NCBI RefSeq assembly: GCF_032191835.1
Contig: NC_083237.1
Span: 10,416,001 to 10,480,000, forward strand
Direction of reading: 5' to 3'
Origin: Heteronotia binoei
Taxonomy: Eukaryota
Length of the DNA stretch: 64,000 bases
Shown here: positions 32,672 through 45,536 of the stretch, in pieces
Layout: each line of letters begins with the position of its first letter
How positions within the stretch are numbered: position 1 is the first letter of the stretch
Notes under the pieces: model-generated
Told to the model about the DNA's origin: nothing
Databases searched by the model: none
Seen by the model: the letters and a program-made list of their open reading frames with translations, nothing else
Program-made: the position numbers and the translations under genes

Positions 32672-33649
32672 ATGCTAAATGCATCAACAGTGACTGAATT
32701 TATCCTAGTAGGGATTCCTTTTTTCTACGATCTACACAGGATTTTCTTTTTCATAGGTTTATTCCTGTACATTGTAGCCATCCTAGGGAATGGATTTATC
32801 CTTGCCATTGTGGCTATCGAGCCAAGACTTCAGACTCCCATGTACTTCTTCCTGAGCAACCTGGCTTTTTTGGAGATCTGCTACACCACGACCGTAGTAC
32901 CCAAGCTGCTACAAACACTGATAGAAACACGGACCACAATTTGTTTCCATTGCTGCATGGCCCAGAACTTATTCTACTTCACATTTGGAGGTACAGAGCT
33001 TTTAATCCTTACAGTGATGTCCTTCGACCGGTATATGGCCATATGCAAACCACTCCAATACCCAATGATCATGACCAAGAATGTTTGCAAGCAGTTGTCC
33101 TTGGCCACTTGGTGCTCGTCATTCATACTCTTTTTCTTCCAGTGTCTCCCTATATGGAGGATGTCTTTCTGTGCTTCCAACGTTGTTGATCATTTCTTGT
33201 GCGACGCCGCTCCCCTGTTTAGCATCGCATGTACTGATACCTTCCTCAATGAGATTGTGGGATTGCTCTGTGCCATTTTACTGGTTATTTTGACCTTGAT
33301 CTTCACCTTGGTGACATACGTCTACATTATTTCTACCATCGTGCACATTCCTTCAGCCAAGGGACGCAAAAAGGCTTTTTCCACCTGTTCGTCTCACCTG
33401 ATCGTGATATCTATATTGTATGGGGCACTGATGGTCATGTACGTGAGGCCCACACTGCATTCCTCATCTCGCTTAACCAGGGTACTAGCGGTGCTGAACA
33501 CAGCCGTGACCCCAGTGCTGAACCCTTTCATTTACACAATAAGGAATGCGGAAGTGAAGGCCGCTGTCAGAAATGCAATCTGTAAGAAGAGACAGTTGTC
33601 GAATGAAGAGTTCTTGGACGTGTCCAATAAAGTGGGCAAATACGAGTGA
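32672..33649 (+). CDS. Olfactory receptor OR-d, family 6-like (325 aa, intact)
   Basis: MLNASTVTEFILVG, LQTPMYFFL, MSFDRY, KAFSTC, PVLNPFIYTIRN. Confidence 0.95.
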   Translation: MLNASTVTEFILVGIPFFYDLHRIFFFIGLFLYIVAILGNGFILAIVAIEPRLQTPMYFFLSNLAFLEICYTTTVVPKLLQTLIETRTTICFHCCMAQNLFYFTFGGTELLILTVMSFDRYMAICKPLQYPMIMTKNVCKQLSLATWCSSFILFFFQCLPIWRMSFCASNVVDHFLCDAAPLFSIACTDTFLNEIVGLLCAILLVILTLIFTLVTYVYIISTIVHIPSAKGRKKAFSTCSSHLIVISILYGALMVMYVRPTLHSSSRLTRVLAVLNTAVTPVLNPFIYTIRNAEVKAAVRNAICKKRQLSNEEFLDVSNKVGKYE

Positions 33650-33929
33650 TCTGAGAACTCTGAGATCGGCATACATGGAGATATAAACGATTCCTGATAA
33701 ACAGCACAGTATGTGGAACCAATAATGCAGGAAGGTGGCACAGTAAGTGGAACCAGTTGGAACTTCTCATATTCTGCTGGAGGGTATAAGATTCTCCTGA
33801 TGTCTGTATCTTCTTTGCAACTTGAATATTAAATTAGAAACTTCAGCACTGTTTCATTGTTATAAATATCAGCATGGACTATACCATGCATAGAGTAAAC
33901 TATTGTTGTCAAGTGAAGAACCTCATAGG

Positions 33930-34147
33930 GGAGGGATGGTGGCTCAGTGGTAGAGCATTTGCTTGGTAAGCAGAAGGTCCCAGGTTCAATCCCCGGCATT
34001 TCCAACTAAAAGGGTCCAGGCAAATAGGTGAGAAAAACCTCAGCCTTAGACACTGGAGAGCCGCTGCCAGTTTGAGTAGACAATACTGACTTTGATGGAC
34101 TAAGGGTCTGATTCAGTATAAGGCAGCTTCATATGTTCATATGTTCA
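33930..34147 (+). mobile_element. tRNA-derived SINE (paralogues 46796-47012, 58026-58243)
   Basis: A and B boxes, (ATATGTTC)n tail. Confidence 0.85.
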
Positions 34148-34986
34148 TTACTTCCTTGCTGGGTTGTTTGTAATTGGAAATTAGTAGCATGTTGTTAAGT
34201 TGTGTATCAGCATATTCAGTGTTGGTGGCTAAATATGACACTGCTGTTGAAATATGCTCAAAAGCAATTGATTTCTTCAGGTCATTTATCGTTTGATATC
34301 AGCTCACTTTGGGTTGTGACTACTCATTTCTGGTCTGCAGCATTCTTAAGTCTGGCATATACTCAGAACATATTGGACTGGCATTCAAAGGGGGGGGGGT
34401 GTATGTGAAACTGATGGGTTAAATGGCTCAGAGTCATTTAAACCTAACAACTGTCTGGTGGACCTGTTGGATTTAAATGGTTATGAGCATTAAACTTCTT
34501 GGTTTCATCCCCCACTTTGAAGTGCAGGGAAGTAAAACCAACTGGTCAAATGGCTGCCAGCCATTTAAACCTTCTTGAGCATCCCCCCTTCTTTCTTCTG
34601 GCCCTTGCAAGCCACGATTGGCAGAAATGTGGAAGAGAAATCCCTTCCAAGGTGGTCCCTCCCCATGTCTCCCAGCAGTGACTTGCTGCGGATGGGAGTA
34701 AGGGGGAAACCAATTTGCCAGACGGGCACAGTTTAAGTGGGGTCCTTTTGGGTTGGTTCAGGGGCTGTTCTGAACCCTAAAGCAAATAAAACCATCTTTT
34801 TTGGGGGGTTGTGCCCACCCTAATATCTAGTGCTTAAAATTATGTATTCCTTTCTGCTTGACACAATCAAGATACATTATTAGTGACAGGCCAGAAGCAG
34901 AAATGCTGGGAAAGAATATTTATGTGCTATTTGATGATGGGGATTTCTCTAAACAGCACCCCTGGAAACGGAGTGAATGAGACAGA

Positions 34987-35125
34987 NNNNNNNNNNNNNN
35001 NNNNNNNNNNNNNNNNNNNNNNNNNNNNNNNNNNNNNNNNNNNNNNNNNNNNNNNNNNNNNNNNNNNNNNNNNNNNNNNNNNNNNNNNNNNNNNNNNNNN
35101 NNNNNNNNNNNNNNNNNNNNNNNNN
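34987..35125. other. Assembly gap (139 N), probably spanning a (TA)n microsatellite
   Basis: Paralogous positions 47806-47890 and about 59230-59290 contain (TA)n. Confidence 0.85.
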
Positions 35126-35239
35126 TATGATATGCTGGTAAAGATAATGTAGACAGGTAAAATGAAAAATCTAAACATGTTAAACAGTACATTTTAATGC
35201 ATTGTTTTCTGAACACCTGCTGTTGGCATTGCTTCCTTT

Positions 35240-35754
35240 CAGGGGTTTTTTTTAGCAGGAACATACAAGAGCCTAGTTCCAGTTGGCTTGGCATCAGTGG
35301 GTGTGGCCTAATATGCAAATGAGTTCCTGCTGGGTTTCTTCTACAAAAAACCCCTGTGCAAAACAATGGCGCTGTCAGGGGTGTGACCTAATATTCAAAT
35401 GAGTTCCTGCTGGGTTTATTCTACAAAAAAACTGTGCAAAACAATGATGATGTCAGAGGGAGTGGCCTAATATTCAAATGAGTTCCTACTTGATTTCTTC
35501 TACAAAAAAACCCTGTGAAAAACAATGGTGGTTAGGAAGTATGGTCTAATATTCCAATGAGTTCCTGCTGAATTTCTTCTACAAAAAAACTGTGCAAAAC
35601 AATGGTGATGTCAGGGGGTATAGCCTAACATGCAAATGAGTTCCTGCTGTGTTTCATATACAAAAAAACCCTGTGCAAAACAATGGTGATGTCAGGGGGT
35701 GTGTCCTAAAATGCAAATGAGTTCCTGCTGGGCTTTTTCTACAAAAAAAGCCCT
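35240..35754. repeat. hAT-like MITE with a tandem array (about 80 bp x 6) of its right end; paralogues 48005-48522 (x6) and 59407-59681 (x3)
   Basis: Left CAGGGG-T(n)-AGCAGGAAC; each unit ends CTACAAAAAA(G/C)CCTG and holds ATGCAAAT or a 1-2 nt variant. Confidence 0.8.
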
Positions 35755-36360
35755 TCTTCCTGTGATGGTATGATTAAATTGGGATGCAACCGTATCTGTA
35801 TAGTACCTCCCAAGAGAAGCAATGTACTGAACTTGTAACAGTAAAATAAGATAATAATTTAAAAAGCACAAATAAACTTAGTGATTTTTCACATACATTC
35901 CTGGGGGCAGGAACTAAGTCTTCTGAATTATTCCACTTTCTGGGGAAACCAGACAAATCATATTATTCTATTTTGTAGATGTCCTGTATTTTAAACTCTG
36001 TGTGTGTGTGTGTGTGTGTGAAATGATTCTCACTATATAATCTGTTTTGTGTCTGTATCCTTTCACTTAGAAGAAATACCCTAATTTGCAGCTAGGGAGT
36101 CATAATTTCTCTGACAATCCTCAGTGATCAATAAATTATTTTGTAATTTTTTAATGTTTTGTGGGGCATTTGAAAAGATACCTAAAAACGTTCAAGGGAT
36201 TTGGTGATTGTTGAAAAGATGTAGATTGTTGGAAGACTCTGAGGCATAGGAAAGGAATTCAAAATAGGCAAGATGAAGACTGAGAGCCCAAGCTAACTTT
36301 CCACTGGAATATGTCAATCACTATTCGCTTTCATGCTTACTTCAATAATGCAGGAAGGTG

Positions 36361-36547
36361 GCATAGTATAGCCTGATCTCATCAGATCATGGAAACTAAG
36401 AGGGCTGGTAATTGATTGGGAGACCACTAAGGAAAACTCTGCAGATGAAGGCAATGAAAAACCATTTCTGTCTCTCACAGGCCTTGAAAGGGCCTCGTTG
36501 AGGTCACCATAAAATGATTGCAACTTGACGGCATCTGCATACGTACG
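36361..36547 (+). mobile_element. 5S-derived SINE (paralogues 49123-49309, 60283-60469)
   Basis: TAGCCTGATCTCATCAGATC...TTGGGAGACCAC plus GAAGGCAATG tail. Confidence 0.7.
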
Positions 36548-38816
36548 TATTCTCAGTGAAGTAGACACTGTGTACACAAATCAGAACAAAGTCCAAATGT
36601 ATGCATTAAACTCAGTTTTACTTAAGACTGGTATAAAGAATCAAGGAGTATTCCAAGTCTTCCTTTTTCCCCTGTGGGTTTCTGCTCACACACAGGTGCT
36701 AGTGGGTATAAACACTCTGGGCAATAACCCTATATCTGAATTTCTCCAAAAGAATCACTCGTTTTCTTTGTCATCACCCACACAGAAACCCGTGTTGAGA
36801 GGTGTCAGAGGCCCATCTCCTTCACCTCATATGTTGCTCAACTAATAAATATTGGGGAGATGCACCAAGGAGGTGCTTCCTGAGAATTTGTAGCAGTAAA
36901 ATAAAGAGCAAAGAATGTAGCAGTTCTTCCCATACATTCTTGAGGGGTGCAGGGAGGAAATACTCGGGCAAAGTAGTCCAGAGAGCTTCTGAAGCAGAGG
37001 TGGATGGCCATCAGGGCAACAGTGACACTGCTTTGAACCTATGGCTATTCATTTCCATGAATATGCACACTTTATATGAGGTCCAAATCTTGGACCAAGT
37101 ATTCCCCGGGCAGAAGGGCCCAATGATAATTCCAGGTGCACATGTGTATCAGCTCTTGACATGTTGAAAGGGCACAGTCCTATAATACATGTAAGCCAAT
37201 TGGGTAATAATTCCCCATTTTTTTTCTATGTGTGCAGTTCCTTTGCATAAATTATATTATCTTTTTGTGAGTTTGGACCAGTCTTCCAGGAGACAATATT
37301 TGGTTGAACCCCCTGACAAACAGGCAAGACTTCATGATCTGGAGATAGCAAGAGAGGGAGATATAGAAAGTAGTAGTAACACACACAAGTGTGACTAAAC
37401 ACAGTAATTTCATGTTGGTGTGCAGCTGACTGGTGGGGAAGACCCGCCTCTAAACAGCCCCCTCCCATGTTGACATAATTGGTGCAATTATGTCACCTGG
37501 AAGTGATGTCAGGCACATTGTACACTAACACTCTAGCATTTTGGCCAACAGTTTTTGGTTACCATAGAGCTCTGGGTCAAAATGCTAGAGTGTCCACACA
37601 CAACATGCCTGGCATGATGATGTCACTTCCAGATGATCTCATCATGCCAGGTGCACAAAGCACATGTGCAAGAACATCCCAGAATAGACCTGGGAGCTCC
37701 CTGTTAGATGTCGGTTTTGAAGCATTCTTCGTGGTTTTGTAATTGTTCAGTTTTTATTTGATCTCTAGGATGAAAAATTTAAAATACACAAGGCAGACCT
37801 TCTGAAGCAAAATAATTCTCCCTGCTACAACTAATCTCAGGTGTGCTTGATAAATCAGGCTCACGGGTTTATCAATCTGAATTAGCATGGAAGAAATTGA
37901 CTTTTGGAAAGACATTCCCGTGAGAAACTGCTAGCAAGTGAAGAGACTGGAGACTTACTGAGTCAAACCCACTTTTAATAGCATGGGTAATGTTAAAAGC
38001 TTGTGAGCACTTAACAGTTTTACAGAGCAATCGAATGCTCAATTTACAATAATCCCTCAATTGACTTCATTTCTAAAAAGGATTTTGTTTTCTTCTCCAT
38101 CTGGTTTACAAAAAACGGACAGGGACAAATGAAGGCTGTTCTTAGCATTCAGTATAGATAGTCTCTAGCCAATGCTTCTTCAGATTGTGCTGAAAACAGG
38201 CTGAAGACAAGGTGAAGAGCACAGCATCATGAAAAAATCTGTACAATCCCAACATTGTGGTGGAATTATTTCATCATAATCTCATTGTGGAAATTTGTAT
38301 CCATAGTGACTTAATGAAGACTGCTTTTTAAAGTATCCCCACCTGCACCTTTTTCCTAACCCACTCTTCAGAATCATGGAGGATAATTTCTTGCTATTGG
38401 AATAAATAGGTAATTATTCTCCTTTGATGATTGAAGTGTAATGATGAATTAAGCATGTGGGAGGAGGAAATGTTGTCACATACCATTTATAGGTAGTCAA
38501 GCTCTTTCATTCCAAAGTGAGTATTTGTTGATACTTAGAAAACACACAAAGAATAGAATAATGAAAAGTGTTTATTAGATCCACATAATGAAAGTTTTTT
38601 GTTTTAATATTGCAGTATTAAAAATTTTCATGGTGATATATCACAGTCTTTCCCCCTTTCTTGGCCTCTCACCATAGCTGCAGCAAGGCCTCTGTTTGGA
38701 AAGTGGCCTCCCAAGTTCATTGTCTCAGGAACAACATGAGATTAGAAAAATTGGCTCTTCAAATTCACTGGGCACTTGATATTATCCTAGCCTTGATGGA
38801 GAAGGGGGACATGTGC

Positions 38817-40196
38817 ATCTGGATCGAGGTGGCGTGGCGGTGCTGATATTGCTGGATCTGTCGGCCGCATTTGATACGGTCGATCATCAGTTACTGGCCC
38901 GCCGGCTCGCCGACATGGGGATTGGGGGATTGGCCTTACAGTGGCTTTCCTCCTTCCTCGAAGGACGGGGACAAAGGGTGGCCATTGGGGGGGAACGGTC
39001 CCGGAGGCATCCACTAGTATGTGGGGTCCCACAAGGGGCAGTTCTCTCCCCGATGTTATTTAACATCTATATGCGCCCCCTTGCCCAGATTGCCCGGAGG
39101 TTTGGACTTGGGTGCCATCAATATGCTGATGACACCCAACTCTACCTGCTAATGGATGGCCGGCCTGGCTCCGTCCCAGAAAGCCTGGACCTAGCATTGC
39201 AAGCCGTGGCAGGCTGGCTCAGACTGAGTGGGCTGAAGTTGAATCCAATGAAGACAGAGGTCCTGTGCTTGGGTCGCGGTGCCCTGGGAGGGGAAATCCC
39301 CTTGCCAGTCCTTGACGGTGTGCAGCTTAAAGCGGCACACAAGGTCAAGAGCCTGGGGGTTCTTCTGGAGCCTTCATTATCAATGGAGGCACAGATAGCG
39401 GCCGCTGCCAAGTCCGCGTTCTTTCATCTTCGTCGGGCGAAGCAGTTGGCCCCCTTCCTAGAGCGCCGCGACCTAGCAACAGTGATCCATGCTACGGTCA
39501 CCTCGAGACTGGACTACTGCAACGCCCTCTACATGGGGCTGCCCTTGTGCCAAATTCGGCGGCTGCAGCTGGTGCAGAACGCGGCGGCTAGGCTGTTGCT
39601 GGGGCTCCCAAGGTGGGAGCACATACAGCCGGGGCTGCGCGGACTGCACTGGTTGCCAGTGGCATACCGAGTTCGCTACAAGGTGCTGGTTATTACCTTT
39701 AAAGCCCTATATGGCCGAGGACCTACCTACCTAAGGGACCGTCTCTCCCCATATGAGCCCCAGAGGGCACTGAGGTCATCTGGGAAAAACCAGCTGAATA
39801 TCCCTGGGCCAAGGGAGGCCAGACTGAAAGCCACCCGGGACCGGGCCTTCTCTATTACTGCTCCACTACTGTGGAACCAACTCCCTGAGGAGGTGAGGGC
39901 CCTACGATGTTTAGAGGGATTCCGTAGGGCCTGTAAGACCCACCTTTTCAAGATGGCCTTCAACTAGCGAAAAAACTTGTGACAAAACTAGATATGCTGC
40001 TAGAAATGCTTTTATTCTTGAAACGTTTTTACTTCTGAAATTTATTGAAACCTGTTTATAACGCCATACTGTTATGTTAATTTTAATACTCTGTAATTGT
40101 TTTAACCATGTTTTATAAGTATAATTGATGTAATGTGTGTTTTATGTTGTGAGCCGCCCTGAGCCTGCTCCGGCGGGGAGGGCGGGATAGAAATAA

Positions 40197-40280
<84 letters not shown>
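38817..40280 (+). mobile_element. Young 5'-truncated L2 LINE with (TTA)n tail of about 27 units, absent from the paralogous spacer
   Basis: Uninterrupted RT ORF to 39967 (LLDLSAAFDTVDH, GVPQGAVLSP, YADDTQLY, RRACKTHLF); empty site at 51595-51612. Confidence 0.95.
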
Positions 40281-42074
40281 GACCAAGAATGTTGTGTTTT
40301 CATTAATGATTCATATTCTGAGACCTTTTATCAAGGCCAGTATGAAAGCAACACCCTCAGGGCACCAGGGTTCTTTCACTTGTGGGACTAGCCAATTAAA
40401 GTCACACAGTGAGACAAAATCCAGACAGCAAAAAGAGGCAACAAAAGTTTTATTTAAATAAGGAACAACATACAGCCCAAGGTTCAGTTCAGTTGTTCAC
40501 TGAGATCCAGTTGTGTTCAAACTTTTATACTCTTCATCACTTCTTCATTTTCATTATTAATCTGTCATCAACATGCATGCACTCATGCATTTTCTTTGTC
40601 TCTAACATTCATAAATATTATATTTGCAAAACAAGACGTTCCTGGCTTATTTTCCACTTTACTGTTCTTTTCATCCACAGGTGTGTTGTCAAGACTTCCT
40701 CATTAAAAATGAAATATAACATCTTTCTAGACACTGACCTTCCTGCTGCCTTCAGTTGGCTACTTTCTCATACTTTCCATCTTTCATGAACTTACAACCT
40801 TAAATTCGTATCACAAGCAAAACTTAACTTTATATTGTATAATCTTGCTTCTACATACACAAAGACATATTAAAACACTTGTTCATTAAGCATTCCTACA
40901 AATATATGAAAACAATTGATAATAATACCACATCAGCCATTTCTTAGAAAAATTGAACTTTTATACGGACTTTTCAGCTTCAAATATCATATGCTGAAAG
41001 AACTAACTTACCTCTCTTGAATACATGTTCTTGTTTATTCTCTAATTGATCAGGAGGCTTTTATCTGATTTTTCAAGATATTTATATTTTCTGCAAAAAC
41101 TGTAAACAAAACACTTTTCTTCTTAACTACTTAAGGGTGCTCTTTGTATAGAAATCATTTCTGATGTTCTAATTACTATTTTAATTAGCCTTCAAAATTT
41201 GATTTACTTTCACCTAGTTCAAAGTGTAGTGATGCAGTACCACAAAATGGTTTTTAAATTTTAAATTGTAATTATGTTTTATTGGGTTTTATTGGTTTTA
41301 ACTTGTGAATATGAATGTTGTCAGCTGCCCTGAGTTCACTTGCGGAGAGGGCGAGATAGAAATTTAAAGTAATAAATAAATAATAATAAATAAATAAAGG
41401 TTCTAGACAGGAATCAAAAATAACAAAACATCTGTTCTGCTAGAAGTGTCTTAGATGGCTATCTCTTGGCTCTGATCCCAGTCTAATTGGCTGAAAATAT
41501 TTTCCAATAACAAGGTTTACCTTTGCTTGCTAAAAATAATAATGCTGATTGCAACAGGTGCTACTTAATTCCTTGCTACCAGCATAGAGTCTTGTGGATT
41601 AAATGATCAAACTGCTTAAACGTCATGCATTTCCTTAGCTAAATATAATAATCCGCGAACAATTCAATTTAACACAGTATTAAACATTTAAAATCCTTGT
41701 GATAAACATACAGTAGAGGAAAGCTATTCCACATTTGAGTCCTAATAAATCATATTAACTAACAAAGCCTCACCTGTTGTCTGCCTATTCAGAAAGCCTT
41801 TAATTGAATTATAACTTTTTAAAATCCATAATGCTCAAAACTATTATTTTATGAACTTTCTCAGAATCTAAACTATAAGCAACAGATTTCTTAACTAATA
41901 TTAAAACATTATGGGCTATAAGCAGCATAGGGGAACTTTAAACTTTAATTCACCTTTTGAAACTGTGTTCTATCTCAAATAAAGAAGGCATTTTGCCAAG
42001 TTAATTTTGTCTGTTCAGAAAATTAAATCACAAATTTCCCATTTTGAAGTATGCGTCAAGGCTAAAACTGATAG

Positions 42075-42373
42075 CCATATTGGATTTCCAGGTCTTCCCT
42101 GACTTCCAGCAGGGGGCTCCCAGGCATATTTTGGGATGTTCCTGTATGTGTTTTCTAAAATGATAGCGCATTGAGGAAAACCATAGAATTTTCCCGGAAA
42201 CACCTAGAGTGGCTGGTGTGGGATGTTGCCATTGTGATGACATCACTTGCGGGTGACATCATTGTGCCAGTGACATTGGGGGAGGTTTCCCCTACCAGCC
42301 CAATATGGGCTGGTGTGTTGGGAATCTCCTGGGTCGGAAAACCCCTGCCCAGACCAGCGGCTTGGCAGCCCTA
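42075..42373. mobile_element. TAGGG-type hAT-like MITE (paralogue near 53407-53702; related inverted copies near 37425-37710, 50210-50495, 61360-61690)
   Basis: TGGCAGCCCTA / TGGCAACCCTA termini, GTGATGACATCACTT core. Confidence 0.55.
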
Positions 42374-42426
42374 TTCAGAAGTAGCAAGAGAGGGAGAAAT
42401 AGAAAGTAGTAGTAACACAGACAAGA

Positions 42427-42597
42427 AGGGCTTTTTTTGTAGCAGGAACTCCTTTGCATATTACGCCACACTCCCCTGATGTAGCCAGTCCTCCTGGAGC
42501 TTACAGTATGCCCTGTAAGAAGAGCCCTGTAAGCTCTTGGAGGATTGGCTACATCATGGGTGTGTGGCCTAATATGCAAAGGAGTTCCTGCTACAAA
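42427..42597. mobile_element. Palindromic hAT-like MITE (paralogue 53756-53917)
   Basis: About 70-bp inverted arms TTTGTAGCAGGAACTCCTTTGCATATT... / ...AATATGCAAAGGAGTTCCTGCTACAAA. Confidence 0.75.
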
Positions 42598-43763
42598 GTG
42601 TTTACACACAGTGTTTGCCTAAACATAAGAATTTTATGTTGGTGTTCAGAAGTATATCAAGACACTGCAGGGCCAATAAATGTGATAACACTAGATTCCA
42701 CGAGCCAGCTGCTCAGAATGTTAACTGAGATTTTGCTTCAGAAGAAGAGAAATCATGAGACACACCAGGTTCCTTAGAGAAACTACAGGAACCTCAAACT
42801 GGCCCACTAAAAGCCCTGGAAATAGAGTTCAGAGGCAAACTTTCTCCTCCCTCCTGTCCTGTTCCCAGCAGCCACTTGTATTGACAGGTATATTCCCTCT
42901 GGAAAGGAGGTCTCATGCTAATAGCTATTGATCTTCCCTCCATGAATGAGTTGTCTACCATTAATTTGATTGCTGTCAATTCTAGTTCTGGAGTATTCCT
43001 AAAAGGTGTTTTGATTGCTCTTTCTATTTTCCATATGAATGCTACTAAGAAATCGTTACTTTCAAAACAAAGATTTTTTTAAAAAAAATACTAGTTGTAG
43101 GCATTTCCACATAGAAAAGCAATTCATGGTATTATTCTAATGTTTATAGGCAATGTTTATTCTGTAACTTTTTAATGAGGTTTGTTACTTGGCATGGGTT
43201 TATTCTGTAACTCGCAGGGTGTCTATTCCGGGGAGAGGATGGGAATGCGATTGCAAGCTGCTTTAAAGAAGAAGATATTGGATTTATATCCTGTTCTCCA
43301 CTTCGAAGAGTCTCAGAGAGGCTCACAATCTCCTTTACTTTCCGCCCCCACAACAGACACCCTGTGAGGTGGGTGGGGCTAAGAGGGCTCTCACAGCAGC
43401 TGCCCTTTCAAGGACAACCTCTGCCAGAGTTATGGCTGACCCAAGCCATTCCAGCAGCTGCAAGGGGAGGAGTGGGGAATCAAACCCGGTTCTCCCAGAT
43501 AAGAGTCCGCACACTTAACTACTACACCAAACTGGCCTCCAGTTTGAGACTCCTTTGGGTAGAGAAAAGAAGAGTATAAAACCCAGCTCTTCTTCTAACA
43601 GATGTACCGCTGGGCCCAGCCTGGTGACTGGCACCATGCAGAGGTTTCCCCCTCACCCAGGAAGAAGCTGCCAGCTGAAGGAAAATCTGAAGATGGGGAC
43701 AGGTAAAGATAGGTTAGCTGGTGGGTGGTGAAGAGAAAAGGAAACAGGAATCTATAATAATAA

Positions 43764-43830
43764 TAATAATAATATTTTATTTTTATATCCCGCCCTCCCC
43801 GCCAGGCGGGCTCAGGGCGGCTAACAGACA
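43764..43830 (-). mobile_element. L2 3' end present only in unit 2
   Basis: (TAA)n plus ATCCCGCCCTCCCCGCC..GCTCAGGGCGGCT; absent at 30950 and 55085. Confidence 0.7.
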
Positions 43831-45536
43831 TGGGGCATGCCAGGACAAAAATAGAGGAAATAGTGGGGAAGGGGAAAATAAAAAGGTAAAGCTAGTCCTC
43901 TGTGCAAGCACCAGTGGTTTCTGACTCTGGGGTGACATTTTCATGGCAGACTTTTTACTGGGTGGTTTGCCATTGGTTTACCCAGTCATCTACATTTTAC
44001 CCCCAGGAAGCTGGGTACTCCTTTTACTGACCTCAGAAGGATGGAAGGCTGAGTCAACCTTGAGCTGGCTACCTGAACCCAGCTTCCACCGGGATCGAAC
44101 TCAAGTCGTGAGCAAAATTTGGACTGCAGTACTGCAGCTTACCACTCTGCACCTCGGGGTAATAAAATGCAGCTATTAAAAATGTCTGAATTTTTTTTTA
44201 AAAAAAAAATAAATAAATAGGCATTTCTATATAGAAAAGCAATCTATTCTACTATTCTCAAGTTTGTTTGCAAAGTTAGGTCGGTAACTTCTTAATTAAT
44301 CTTGCTAATTAGCCTGGGTAAATGTTACCTTCTTCAAAGTTATTCCCATCTGAGAAAATTGCATCAGTCAAGATGCTTCTTTTTTATGACTTGCACTCGA
44401 CTGAAATTATACCAATGTCCTTCCTGTTCAGAGAGTTGGGTAGATAGCGTCACAATTCTCATCTGGAACATTTCAGGCAAACTGAGTGCTTCAACTATCA
44501 AAAGGGGAAAGTGCCTTGATTTTTTTCCCAACACCAGCATTTCTAAAGGTGTTTCTCTTCCTCCATTTCTGTGCTAAGAATGTAGAAGAACAAAGGCAGA
44601 ATGTTTATAACAATTACATTTATGTAACTCGTTGGTCAATATTCATTATTACTTCAGGTGAACTGAACAGAATCTCAGTGTGGAAATACAGTCCTTTGTA
44701 ACAACCAGGGATTGCTTTGTAGAAAAATAGGTGGTGGAGCTCATCCTGGGATTGTTGTGCAGCTGCACCTATTATTCAATGGACAAGGTGGAGAGGAGGA
44801 GGGGGAACCCTCAGAAAGGTTCAGGAGCTGTGCTCCTGTGACCTCCTGTGGAATCCGAGGCCTGGTAACAACCCCTTTTACAGAAACACCAAATACCTTT
44901 TCCTACTGTTGGACCAATTAAGTAATAATCCTTTGACAGACAAGTTATAATTGATAAAAAGGTAAAGGTAGTCCCCCCTGTGCAAGCACCAGTCATTTTC
45001 GACTCTGGGGTGACGCTGCTTTCACAACGTTTTCACGGCAGGCTTTTTATGGGGTGGTTTGCCATTGCCTTTCCCAGCGATCTACCCTTTCCCTCCAGTA
45101 AGCTGGGTACTCATTTCACCGACCTCGGAAGGATGGAAGGCTGAGTCGACCTGGAGCCGGCTACCTGAACCAGCTTCTGTTGGGATCGAATTCAGGTCAT
45201 GAGCAGAGGGCTCCGACCGCTCTGTGCCACGGGGCAGATTGATGCACCAATGGAATTTTGCTGGCTGCTAACAGCACCTTTCCTAAAGGATTTCATATTC
45301 TTCTCTGACAGCAATTGATGTGACTTACCAATTATGGGATAGATGTATGAACATGGTTTTGAATCTGAATCTCTGAACTTGTCGTCCAACATTCTGACTG
45401 CTGTACCACACTGAACTTGGAGACCTAAAGAATATTGGTCCTGCAGTGTTCATTTCATACGAAGCTAGAACATTTTGTTTGTCTGCATTCTGAGCCATTC
45501 GAGAGGGACAACTGTCATTCCGCATCAATTGAAACG

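Larger units (their letters stand above)
30411..38529 (+). repeat. Segmental duplication unit 1 (homologous to 43211-51315 and 54544-62541)
   Basis: Collinear SINEs, MITEs, OR and flanks; homology starts at CTCGCAGG and ends at GAGTATTTGTT. Confidence 0.9.

Noticed and set aside
35240-35754. CRISPR-like repeat array (also the 63-bp array at 17693)
   Set aside because: Eukaryotic context, no unique spacers, no cas genes; simple tandem units.
36361-36440. 5S rRNA-like sequence (also 28560-28645, 49123, 60283, 62690-62900)
   Set aside because: Partial, diverged and fused to a LINE-type tail; 5S-derived SINE rather than an rRNA gene.
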